Assembly: GCA_038208905.1 (NCBI GenBank)
Contig: JBBQYG010000098.1
Span: forward strand, 1 to 14,244
Length of the DNA stretch: 14,244 bases
Reading direction: 5' to 3'
Source of the DNA: Candidatus Sumerlaeia bacterium
GTDB taxonomy: Bacteria; Sumerlaeota; Sumerlaeia; SLMS01
Of this stretch, positions 1 through 7,825 are shown one piece after another. Numbering within the stretch: position 1 is the first letter of the stretch; each line of letters opens with the position of its first letter. The notes under the pieces are model-generated. The model had not been told where the DNA came from. It did not search any database and was given only the letters and a program-made list of their open reading frames with translations. The position numbers were made by a program, and so were the translations under genes.

Positions 1-57
1 GGTGAATCTTCGCGAGGAGACATTCAGGACCACGCCAAACAGGATGAACATCGTAAC
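1..57. repeat. Exact 57-bp direct repeat of 684..740 (3' end of rodA)
   Basis: ggtgaatcttcgcgaggagacattcaggaccacgccaaacaggatgaacatcgtaac occurs at 1..57 and 684..740; extends to 61/744 with one mismatch (ccagg vs ctagg). Confidence 0.97.
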
Positions 58-555
58 CAGGCGGCCCTTGCCGTCGATCATCCACCCAGTGCCCAGGCCG
101 GCGGGATTGGAAACCAGGACCACGCCTCGCTTAACACTCTCGAGCACTTCCTGCTGGGAAAGCACCGCGCCCGAATCGCCGCGAGAGCGGAAGACCAACG
201 AGCCTGTCTCTGAATCGAATACACCCGACCCAAGACCCGCACCGGTCTTCGATTCCTCCAGCTCCTTGAGCGAGAGCTTGGAAAGCACTGAAGACGCGGG
301 GATCTGAATGATGGAAGGACCAATATCGATGAAGACCTCGGCAGGCGTCTCCTTGATGGGACGGCCCACGACTTCGCCGCCGCCGGCGAGCCGCCACAAC
401 GTCGCGTCTGTGATGGGTTTCACCACCTCCTCGACAACTGGCGCCGTGGTGGGTATGGGAAGAGCGAATGTCGCGTCCTGCGCAACAGTCAGAACCGGAA
501 GCCCCAGCAGCCCGGCGGCCACGGCGGCGATCAGGCGAAATGTGCGTCGAGTCAT
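1..555 (-). CDS. Secreted trypsin-like (S1/HtrA-like) serine protease, N-terminal part; runs off the window edge and is chimeric with the rodA 3' end over about 1..57
   Basis: Hand-translated, not in the ORF track: ATG at 555 after GAGGGG/AGGA; open frame to position 1: MTRRTFRLIAAVAAGLLGLPVLTVA (signal peptide) QDATF...EVLESVKRGVVLVSNPAGLGTGWMIDGKGRLVT, which matches the trypsin-2 pattern VVxV...GSGFxIxxxGxIVT(NxHV). It then continues MFILFGVVLNVSSRRFT, identical to the RodA C-terminus. Confidence 0.8.
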   Translation of the reverse strand, partial: MTRRTFRLIAAVAAGLLGLPVLTVAQDATFALPIPTTAPVVEEVVKPITDATLWRLAGGGEVVGRPIKETPAEVFIDIGPSIIQIPASSVLSKLSLKELEESKTGAGLGSGVFDSETGSLVFRSRGDSGAVLSQQEVLESVKRGVVLVSNPAGLGTGWMIDGKGRLVTMFILFGVVLNVSSRRFT

Positions 556-671
556 TCCTGTGATTTCCCCTCGCGTCGGATGTCGGGCCCAAGGCACCGG
601 CATGATGTGGCGCAAGTTAGGGGCCCAACCGGGGGTTGGCAACGGGTTTCCAGCCCCCAATCGCCGCTTCC

Positions 672-1829
672 CTATCGCGTGAAGGTGAATCTTCGCGAGG
701 AGACATTCAGGACCACGCCAAACAGGATGAACATCGTAACTAGGAACGATCCCCCATAGCTGAAGAACGGCAGCGGAATCCCCGTCACGGGGAGTAGCCC
801 CATGCTCATCCCGATGTTCTCCACCACGTGACCGCAGACCAGCGACGCCAGACCTGCCACCGCGATGCCGCCGAACCGATCCCGAGCGAAGTCAATCGCG
901 CGCACCATTCTGTACACGAGCAGGGCGAAAAGCAGCAGCGCGACCAACCCGCCGATTAGCCCAAACTGCTCCACCAGGCTCGCGAAGATGAAGTCGGTAT
1001 GGTGTTCAGGCAGGAAGCGGTGGTTTGCCTGACTCCCCGCCCCCCAGCCCTGACCAAAAATGCCGCCGTTCCCGATCGCCACCTTGGACTGGATCACGTT
1101 GTAGCCCGATCCCGCCGCGTCGGCGGATGGGTCAAGGAAGCTGGTAAGCCGCGCGCGCTGATAGGGCTTAAGGAACGGGAACGCGCAAGCCATCCCTGCG
1201 CATGCCGCGGCGAGCAACGTGCCGAGCTGGCTCCATGCCGCCCCCGCCACCAGCATCATCGCGAGGAAGAGCAGGAAGAAGAGCGACGCGGTTCCCAGAT
1301 CGGGCTGTGCCAGAATCAGCAGCGCCGGAATGCCACAGATCGCTCCCGGCACGATGATGCCGCGCCAGCTCTTGAGCGTCTCTGGATGCAGGGCGAGCCA
1401 TTGGGCGCATACGAGCACCGTGGCGATCTTCATCGTCTCGCTCGGCTGCCAGTTCACCGGGCCCAGCGCAATCCACGACTTTGCGCCCTTGATGCGCGAA
1501 CCCGAGACGAGCACGAAAAGGAGCGCCGCGATGTTGAACGCATAGATCGCCATCGCGCCACGGTTGAGCCAGCGATAGTCCACCAGCGTCGTCGCGACCA
1601 GTGCGGCAACGGCGATCCAGAAGAACGTTGCCTGCCGGTCCACCGCGCCGCTCAGCGCGGGGATCGCGCCCACCGCACCCTCCAGCACAAACAACCCGGC
1701 CCCGGCCATCAACACCACCAGCGCCAGGAGCGGATAATCGAGATGCCGAAGCACCGCGAACGACGAATCGCGTGCCGATGAGGCTGCGTCGCCGCGCTCT
1801 CGGGTGATGGGAAAACGTGCCACGCTCAC
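672..1829 (-). CDS. rodA: Rod shape-determining protein RodA (SEDS peptidoglycan glycosyltransferase)
   Basis: 385 aa polytopic membrane protein with SEDS motifs GAKSWI, QPSE, QPDLGT, YQRARL, GYNVIQSKVAIGNGG, FLPEHHTDFIFA, GLLPVTGIPLPFFSYGGS; downstream of mreC; GTGA overlap with upstream gene. Confidence 0.93.
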   Translation of the reverse strand: MSVARFPITRERGDAASSARDSSFAVLRHLDYPLLALVVLMAGAGLFVLEGAVGAIPALSGAVDRQATFFWIAVAALVATTLVDYRWLNRGAMAIYAFNIAALLFVLVSGSRIKGAKSWIALGPVNWQPSETMKIATVLVCAQWLALHPETLKSWRGIIVPGAICGIPALLILAQPDLGTASLFFLLFLAMMLVAGAAWSQLGTLLAAACAGMACAFPFLKPYQRARLTSFLDPSADAAGSGYNVIQSKVAIGNGGIFGQGWGAGSQANHRFLPEHHTDFIFASLVEQFGLIGGLVALLLFALLVYRMVRAIDFARDRFGGIAVAGLASLVCGHVVENIGMSMGLLPVTGIPLPFFSYGGSFLVTMFILFGVVLNVSSRRFTFTR

Positions 1830-2356
1830 GGGAGGCGACCCCCTCCGACGCCAAGGGCTATCGACGCCTCCCGGTCGCGAGACAACTCCTCAAGCACCGC
1901 CGAGGCCACCGCGACGATCACGAAAACGACTGCTGTGAGAAGTGCGGTCGGAACTCCCTCGATCAGTGCGGATTTGGGCCCGCGCACGAAGGCGGTCGCC
2001 ACGACATGAGCCAGCAAGTACAGCCCAGCAAACACCGCGTGCTCATGGGACCACATCCGGCGGCTCTCCGTCCGCGCCACCAAGTTCGCCACCAGCAGCC
2101 CGACCGCGCAAGGTACCAGCAGCCGCAGCAAAGGAAGATCGCTCAGCGTAGCCAAGACCAGACACGGTGCCAGTGTCAGCGCCGCCTGCCAACTTGTCGG
2201 TCCCGCGAAGCATCGGATCGCCAACGCCAGAGCCACCGCATCCAAAGGGAACCCGCGAAGCAACCCCGACAGCGCCGCCAGCGGCAGCGCGAGCAGCGCG
2301 CCCTCCGCCAATCCCGCCAGCACCGGACGGCGCTCCCTCAAGTGATGGTCGGCCAT
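1826..2356 (-). CDS. Hydrophobic membrane protein, probable divergent MreD
   Basis: 176 aa with several hydrophobic segments; overlaps the mreC stop (2356) and rodA start (1826-1829). Size and position fit MreD, but sequence motifs are weak. Confidence 0.55.
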   Translation of the reverse strand: MADHHLRERRPVLAGLAEGALLALPLAALSGLLRGFPLDAVALALAIRCFAGPTSWQAALTLAPCLVLATLSDLPLLRLLVPCAVGLLVANLVARTESRRMWSHEHAVFAGLYLLAHVVATAFVRGPKSALIEGVPTALLTAVVFVIVAVASAVLEELSRDREASIALGVGGGRLP

Positions 2357-3210
2357 CAGCGCTTCGGCTCGAAGGGAATGCGCGCGTGCGGCAGCACGAA
2401 CAGCGTGCGCAGGCTGCCGGGCTTCTCGGATAGACGCACGATCGCCACCGCCTCGCCCTGCTTGTTGGTCGCAATCTTTTCGATGACACCAAAGGGAACT
2501 CCGCCCGGCGCGATGGATCCCGCCATCCCCGACGACACCACGATGTCGCCCGGTTCCGCCCGCTGGGAGGTGCGCTCGAATCGCATCTCCACCAACTCCG
2601 GATCGCCGGTCCCGCTCAAGACGCCGATTTCGCCGCGGCCATCAACCTCGGCCCCCCACGCGGCGCGGCTGTCGGTTACCAATTCCACCAGCGCAGTTGT
2701 CGCAAACACTTCGTCCACCTCGCCCACGATGCCGTGGGCGCCCAGCACGATCATGCCGGGTGAAAGCCCCTGCTCGCGCCCCGCGTCGATCCACGCCACC
2801 TGGCGGCCGCGCGCCGGGGCCAGCGACAGAACCGGCACCGGCATCAGCTCGAAGGTCCCCGCCGGAATCGCCGTGGAGATTTCCTGTGTCAGGTAGGCAA
2901 GCGCCTCTGTGGCGCGGCGGGCGGGGTTTTCCACGTGCAGGCTCGCCACCTGCTCGCGCAGCGCCGCGTTCTCGGCCCGCAAGGCGTCCGCCGAGAATAC
3001 CCCCGTCCAGACCGATTCCATCCCCCGATGCGCCGCCGCACCCGCCCTAAGGAACGGCGACGCCACCAGCATCACACCGTTGGAAAAGAAATTTCCACCC
3101 GAGGCCCCCGGCCCCGCAATCACCTGAAACACGAGCCCAGCCAGCAGCATCCCCACCAGCGAGCGGATGAGGAGTTCGACACGGTTTTTGCGGCGTCCCA
3201 AGGTGGCCAT
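2356..3210 (-). CDS. mreC: Rod shape-determining protein MreC
   Basis: N-terminal TM helix, coiled coil LRAENAALREQVASL, IDAGREQGLSPGMIV, GIVGEV, GDIVVSSGMAG, GVPFGVI: MreC architecture; upstream of rodA. Confidence 0.9.
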   Translation of the reverse strand: MATLGRRKNRVELLIRSLVGMLLAGLVFQVIAGPGASGGNFFSNGVMLVASPFLRAGAAAHRGMESVWTGVFSADALRAENAALREQVASLHVENPARRATEALAYLTQEISTAIPAGTFELMPVPVLSLAPARGRQVAWIDAGREQGLSPGMIVLGAHGIVGEVDEVFATTALVELVTDSRAAWGAEVDGRGEIGVLSGTGDPELVEMRFERTSQRAEPGDIVVSSGMAGSIAPGGVPFGVIEKIATNKQGEAVAIVRLSEKPGSLRTLFVLPHARIPFEPKR

Positions 3211-3362
3211 CGGAGGAGCGGTGCGAAGAGCGGGATTTGCCTGTACAATCCTAGGCCCCCAAATGACCGCCGGGGGTGAGATACCACGTCAAGATAAAGT
3301 GGATTGACCAGCGCCCGCACCATGTGAAGTGCCGACGAAACACACGAAGCGAGGATCCGCCT

Positions 3363-3605
3363 ATGCTTCTCGACTATATCAAGGCCGCACTCCGGCGCGC
3401 TACTCTTGAAGAGGTCTCGGACACCGGCCGCTACTATGCAGGGATTCCCATCGTCCCCGGAGTCTGGGCGGAGGGTGACACTCCTGATGAGTGCCGAGCG
3501 GAATTGGCTGAGGTTCTGGAGGAATCAATTTTTCTCGCGATTAGACTCGGACACGCATTGCCTGAGATCGACGGTGCGCGGTTGCGCCTACCCGCGGCGG
3601 TGTAG
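3363..3605 (+). CDS. hicB: HicB-family type II antitoxin (short form, no evident DNA-binding domain)
   Basis: ATG at 3363 after GAGGA (ORF-track start 3276 is probably too long); 80 aa MLLDYIKAALRRA...YYAGIPIVPGVWAEGDTPDECRAELAEVLEE, matching the HicB partial RNase H fold pattern. Confidence 0.85.
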   Translation: MLLDYIKAALRRATLEEVSDTGRYYAGIPIVPGVWAEGDTPDECRAELAEVLEESIFLAIRLGHALPEIDGARLRLPAAV

Positions 3606-3827
3606 TTGCCCCCGTTTGGCTCAATCTCGCGCCGCGAGTTCATTCAGTCGCTCCGACGGTGTGGTTATGAAGGCCCATATTCGGGAGGCAAGCACCAGTC
3701 CATCGTTAGGGGAGGGCTTCGATCGCGGATTCCCAATCCCCACACAGGCGATCTTTCTAACGATCTGGTGTCGCGACTCCTTCGGCAGGCGGGGATCACC
3801 CGCGAACAGTGGGAGGAAGCGCGGTAG
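3606..3827 (+). CDS. hicA: HicA-family mRNA interferase toxin
   Basis: 73 aa, TTG start immediately after the hicB TAG; REFIQSLRRCGY, GGKH (GSH-like His motif), IPNPH, LLRQAGITREQW. Confidence 0.85.
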   Translation: MPPFGSISRREFIQSLRRCGYEGPYSGGKHQSIVRGGLRSRIPNPHTGDLSNDLVSRLLRQAGITREQWEEAR

Positions 3828-3904
3828 GGTCCCTGTGGACGAGGCCCCGGGCTCAAACCAGCAACCCTGCCGCTCTCGCCCGCGCAAAAAGCGAAACTTT
3901 TCCG

Positions 3905-3932
3905 TTGCATCTGATACCCGCCTGACTAGCTT
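3905..3932 (+). promoter_or_regulatory. Possible sigma70-type promoter for the Trm112-rpmE pair
   Basis: TTGCAT-N16-TAGCTT preceded by A/T tracts, 36 nt upstream of ATG 3969. Pattern match only. Confidence 0.3.
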
Positions 3933-3968
3933 CTCCCTCCCCGCCGAAGGGGATTCGTGGGCAATGGC

Positions 3969-4214
3969 ATGATCGACAAGAAATTACTGGAAATTCTCGC
4001 CTGCCCCCTCTCCAAGGCTCCCGTCCTTCTCGACGGCGAGCGTCTGGTGAGCACGGATCCCGAGACCCGGCGGGTTTACCGGATCGAGGACGATATCCCC
4101 GTGATGTTGATCGAGGAATCCGTCGAGCTTGGCCCAGAAGAACATTTGGAAATTCTCAAGCGGCACGGCGCAACGCCCTTTGCCGCAAAGACAAGAAGGA
4201 AGGCTGCGCGATGA
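3969..4214 (+). CDS. Trm112-family (YcaR/UPF0434-like) protein with basic C-terminal extension
   Basis: MIDKKLLEILACPLSKAPV...YRIEDDIPVMLIEES is the Trm112-like signature; ATG at 3969; ATGA overlap with rpmE. Confidence 0.85.
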   Translation: MIDKKLLEILACPLSKAPVLLDGERLVSTDPETRRVYRIEDDIPVMLIEESVELGPEEHLEILKRHGATPFAAKTRRKAAR

Positions 4215-4474
4215 AGAAAGACGTCCACCCCAAGTATGGCCACGTATTGTACCGGTGCCCCTCCACCGGCACCTCGTTCCTGATCCGCTCCACCAAGCTG
4301 GATGGTCCCAAGACCACCTATCAGGGCAAGGAAGTCCCCACCGTCACGATCGAAATCTGCAGCGACAATCACCCGTTCTACACCGGCAAGCAGGGCCTCG
4401 TCGATACGACGGGCCGCGTGGACGCCTTCAACAAGCGCTTCGCCCGCCTCAAGGCACCCGCCAAGACCATCTAG
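4211..4474 (+). CDS. rpmE: 50S ribosomal protein L31 (type-B-like length)
   Basis: MKKDVHPKY, FLIRST, HPFYTGKQ, VDTTGRVDAFNKRF; 87 aa. Confidence 0.95.
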   Translation: MKKDVHPKYGHVLYRCPSTGTSFLIRSTKLDGPKTTYQGKEVPTVTIEICSDNHPFYTGKQGLVDTTGRVDAFNKRFARLKAPAKTI

Positions 4475-4495
4475 GTCTCGGGCCGACCGACGTTT

Positions 4496-4531
4496 CGAGA
4501 CCCCCACGCCTTCGCGGCGCGGGGGTTCTCG
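4496..4531. terminator. GC-rich hairpin between convergent genes, possible terminator
   Basis: cgaga-ccccc-a-cgcc / ttcgc / ggcg-c-ggggg-t-tctcg inverted repeat between the rpmE stop (4474) and the convergent stop at 4542; no clear U-tract. Confidence 0.5.
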
Positions 4532-4541
4532 GCGTTAAGCC

Positions 4542-5786
4542 CTACCCGGAGAGTTCGGCAAGCGTCAGCGCCAGCACTTCCACGCCCCGGCGAATCTCCT
4601 CCGGCGACGAATACTCGTCGGGCCGGTGGCTGACTCCGTCACGGCACGGGATGAAGATCATCCCCGTGGGGCACACTCGAGCCATAAACAGGGAATCGTG
4701 ATAGGCGCGGCTGACCATGCGGCGGCTTGGGATTCCGAGCTGCGCGCTGGCCCTCGCCACTGCCTCCACGACAGCGGTGCCACAGGTGGCCGGCGGGTCG
4801 GCGTTAAGCATCTGAATGCCGACAGTGAGTCCCCTTCGCTCGGCGATGGCGCGTGCACCTGATAGGATCTCCTCCACGGCGGCGTCGCGAGGTTCCAACG
4901 CCGTGTCGCGCACATCGATCTCAATCGTGCAGCGGCTGGGGATGCTGTTGATGGCGCCGGGAAAGGGCTGCATCACGCCTACTGTGCCCACGGTGCTGGG
5001 GCTCCCCGTCGCGCGCGCGGCGCGATCCACCGCCAGCGCAAGCTCCGCCGCGCCAAGTAGAGCATCGCGCCGATCGGGCATCATCACCGTGCCCGCGTGG
5101 CCGCCTTGACCATGAAAGACCACACGCATCGAGGCTGGCGCAGCGATGGCCTCCACGATGCCGATGGCGAGGCCCTCCTTCTCCAGCAACGGTCCCTGCT
5201 CGATGTGGAGCTCCACGAAAGTCTCATAGTAGCCCGCCGGAAGCGCTACCGTCGCCAGATCGCCGCGAAAGCCGCACTCCGCGCGTGCCTCGTCCAGCGA
5301 CGTGCCCGAGCCATCGCGCAGCGCCGTCGCCGCGGCGGGGGAGAGCGTGCCGCTCAGCAGGCGGCTACCAAGGCAGCCGATGCCGTAACGCGTAGGTTCC
5401 TCGGCGGTGAACATCAGGAGTTCGATCGAGCGGCGCGGCTGATGCCCTGCGGCCCGGAGCGCGCGGATCGCCTCCAGCCCGCCAAAGACGCCGACGGTTC
5501 CATCGTACCGCCCGGAGTTGGGAATTGCATCGGTGTGGGAGCCGGTGCCGACGGCTGACGCTTGGGGATCGGAGCCAACCCACCGCCCGAAGATATTCCC
5601 CACGGCATCCTCGCGGATCAAAAGGCCCGTCTCGCGGCAGCATTGCTTGAAGAACTCCCGCGCGGCGCGATCCGTCGCGGTAAACAGGATTCGAGTCACC
5701 GACGGCGCGGGTGAGTCGGTGAACCCCGCAAGCTCCTCCAATTCGGCGCTCAAGCGGGCAATGTCCACCTTCACGGCGGCGGTCAT
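4542..5786 (-). CDS. M20-family amidohydrolase, plant-type ureidoglycolate amidohydrolase (UAH-like)
   Basis: GSHTDAIPNSGRYDGTVG, FTAEEPTRYGIGCLGSRLL, ELHIEQGP, GGHAG, SRAYHDSLFMAR, GMIFIPC..GVSHRPDEYSSPE. EEPTR, AYHDSLF and IFIPC are motifs I recall from Arabidopsis UAH; ATGA overlap with allE. Confidence 0.75.
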   Translation of the reverse strand: MTAAVKVDIARLSAELEELAGFTDSPAPSVTRILFTATDRAAREFFKQCCRETGLLIREDAVGNIFGRWVGSDPQASAVGTGSHTDAIPNSGRYDGTVGVFGGLEAIRALRAAGHQPRRSIELLMFTAEEPTRYGIGCLGSRLLSGTLSPAAATALRDGSGTSLDEARAECGFRGDLATVALPAGYYETFVELHIEQGPLLEKEGLAIGIVEAIAAPASMRVVFHGQGGHAGTVMMPDRRDALLGAAELALAVDRAARATGSPSTVGTVGVMQPFPGAINSIPSRCTIEIDVRDTALEPRDAAVEEILSGARAIAERRGLTVGIQMLNADPPATCGTAVVEAVARASAQLGIPSRRMVSRAYHDSLFMARVCPTGMIFIPCRDGVSHRPDEYSSPEEIRRGVEVLALTLAELSG

Positions 5787-6532
5787 GGCGCGATGCCAAG
5801 CGGGTCGCGGTGAATATCCTTATAGTAGAGGTACGAGCTTGGCCCCTTGCCATAGGCCACAAACCACTGTGGGCAGTAGGACGCCATCCAGATCGCATCG
5901 CCCGCCTGCACGGGATACCACGAATCTGCGAGGCGATAAACGCCCTGGCCCTCCAGCATCAGCAGCCCGTGCTCCATGACATGGCACTCCACGAAGGGAA
6001 GCGCTGCGCCGGCCTTGAAATCGAAGACGTTCATCGCCATGTCGAACCCCGGAATCTCCGGCAGTAGAACCTTCAGCCGCGCATCGGGATCGCCGAGGAA
6101 GGGATTGCCCTTCACCTTGGCGGAATCCCCCGCGACGGCGCCCGGAATCTCGACGCCTTCGCGCTCCTCGTAGGGCTTCTCGAACACCGTCAACCGCGTC
6201 GCCTTCGCCGCGCGAATCGTGTGGGGAACATCTGGCGGCAGCCATGCGAAGCCGCCGGGTGCCAGCGTCGCCTTGAGCTTTCCGCACTCCACGCGCACCC
6301 CGCCCTCGTGGACGAAGATCGCGCGCTGAACACCGGGCAACGGCAGCCCCGCGGTGCCACCCCGCGCCATGTTGGCAAAGTATTGGATGAACCGCGAGCC
6401 CATTTGCGGGGAGATCAGGATGATCGCACTGGTCTCAGTCCATCCCACCGGCGGACAGGGCACGTGGGAATCCGGCGCGATCATCGCGTGATCGCCTTTG
6501 ATGCAGGTGCGGGTGAGGGCGTTGAGGGCCAT
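5783..6532 (-). CDS. allE: (S)-ureidoglycine aminohydrolase (bicupin)
   Basis: 249 aa; FDMAMNVFDF, LPFVECHVMEHGLLMLEGQGVYRL, AGDAIWMASYCPQW, YLYYKD; RBS AAAGGAAG upstream. Confidence 0.9.
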   Translation of the reverse strand: MALNALTRTCIKGDHAMIAPDSHVPCPPVGWTETSAIILISPQMGSRFIQYFANMARGGTAGLPLPGVQRAIFVHEGGVRVECGKLKATLAPGGFAWLPPDVPHTIRAAKATRLTVFEKPYEEREGVEIPGAVAGDSAKVKGNPFLGDPDARLKVLLPEIPGFDMAMNVFDFKAGAALPFVECHVMEHGLLMLEGQGVYRLADSWYPVQAGDAIWMASYCPQWFVAYGKGPSSYLYYKDIHRDPLGIAP

Positions 6533-6556
6533 CGCGACTTCCTTTCGTGTATCTAT

Positions 6557-7825
6557 CTATACGGCGGAAATCAGCTTCTTCGGAAGGGAGGAGACAAATC
6601 TAGCCATCGCATCCAGCGCCGCGGCCACATCCTCCACCTTGACCGACTCGTCGGGGTGATGGCTGACACCGTCGCGGCACCTGAGGAAGAGCATCGCCGT
6701 CGGCAATATTCGCGAGATCACCATCGCATCATGACCGGCGCCGCTAAGAAGGTGCGACGGGCGGATCCCCGCCTCGGCCACGGCCTCCTGCATGATTCTC
6801 GTCAACTTCGGGTCGCAGCGCACCACGCTCTGCGTCGCGTTGGTCTTGAGCGTCACCGCCAAGCGTCGCGCTTCGCCGATCTGCCTTGCCACTTCCAGCA
6901 GGTGGTCCACGGCTGCTTGGCGCAACTGGTCGTCGGCATGGCGTATGTCCAGCCCCAGCATCGCCCGCCCCGGGATCACATTGGAAACATTGGGCCCGAT
7001 GTTCACCGTGCCCACTGTAGCGCGAAGGTCCGGGGTCGCGCGTGCGTGGGCCTCCACCGCCAGGATGAACTCCGCCGCCCCCGTCAGCGCGTCTCGTCGT
7101 TGATCCGGCGGAACCGTACCCGCGTGTGCCGCGCGTCCTTCGAAGAGCACCTGCGCCCGCGTCTGTCCCGCGATGCCCGTTACGATTCCGATCGGCAGGT
7201 TCAGCGACTCCAGCACGGGGCCCTGCTCTATGTGAGCCTCCAGATAGCCGAGCAGCCGCTCCGGCACCCAGGCCGCCTGGGCGATCCGGTCTGGATCGCC
7301 GCCGAAATCGCGAATCGCCTGATCCATCGAGACGCCATCCGCGTCGGTCAACTGCAGGAGACTCCTCTCGAAGCTTCCCGCCGCGGCCATGCTGCCGAGG
7401 AAGGGAGCGCCATAGCGCACCCCCTCCTCCTCGGAGAAGCCCGCCACAAGGAGGCCGAACGGCAGCTCCGCATCACGCAAAGCCTCCGCGACGGCGATGC
7501 CCAGGAGGACGCCCACGATTCCGTCGTACTTTCCCGCATGGGGAACCGTGTCGAGGTGGGACCCGATGACGAAGCTCGGCGCGCTGGTGGAGGTGCCGGC
7601 GCGATGGCCGAGGATGTTCCCAACGGCGTCTATGCGTGGCGACAGCCCCGCCGCAATCATCCATCCGCCCACATGCTCGTGGACCTCCCGCATCGGCGGC
7701 GTCAGGAAACGCCGTGTCAGGCGAAAGGTCTCCTCGCTGCAGGAACCTAGCACGTCACACCGCTCCATGACCCTGTGCGCCAGGGCCATGATGTCCGGCG
7801 CGGTGACTTGCTCAGGCTGCTCCAT
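6557..7825 (-). CDS. allC: Allantoate amidohydrolase (M20 family)
   Basis: [70 protein letters not shown]; directly upstream of allE. Start placed at ATG 7825, overlapping the upstream stop; exact start uncertain. Confidence 0.8.
   Translation of the reverse strand: MEQPEQVTAPDIMALAHRVMERCDVLGSCSEETFRLTRRFLTPPMREVHEHVGGWMIAAGLSPRIDAVGNILGHRAGTSTSAPSFVIGSHLDTVPHAGKYDGIVGVLLGIAVAEALRDAELPFGLLVAGFSEEEGVRYGAPFLGSMAAAGSFERSLLQLTDADGVSMDQAIRDFGGDPDRIAQAAWVPERLLGYLEAHIEQGPVLESLNLPIGIVTGIAGQTRAQVLFEGRAAHAGTVPPDQRRDALTGAAEFILAVEAHARATPDLRATVGTVNIGPNVSNVIPGRAMLGLDIRHADDQLRQAAVDHLLEVARQIGEARRLAVTLKTNATQSVVRCDPKLTRIMQEAVAEAGIRPSHLLSGAGHDAMVISRILPTAMLFLRCRDGVSHHPDESVKVEDVAAALDAMARFVSSLPKKLISAV

Noticed and set aside
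625-659. Hairpins between rodA and the protease gene as a terminator
   Set aside because: Imperfect on the transcribed minus strand and no U-tract.
2-682. Plus-strand ORFs 2..307 and 308..682
   Set aside because: Antisense to the minus-strand protease frame 555..1, which has an RBS, signal peptide and protease motifs.
1-740. 57-bp repeat as a prophage/ICE att site or CRISPR repeat
   Set aside because: Only two copies, 683 bp apart; no integrase, spacers or cas genes; the junction falls mid-CDS at a microhomology.
1817-2896. 359-aa plus-strand ORF, and similar long antisense ORFs at 999..1781, 7920..8984 and 11215..12432
   Set aside because: Each lies opposite a well-supported gene and has shadow-ORF composition.
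4529-4809. 12-bp direct repeat tcggcgttaagc at 4529..4540 and 4798..4809
   Set aside because: Short, one copy inside a CDS, no associated structure; compatible with chance.
6221-7750. 509-aa plus-strand ORF
   Set aside because: Antisense shadow of allC/allE in GC-rich DNA; Arg/His-rich with no motifs.
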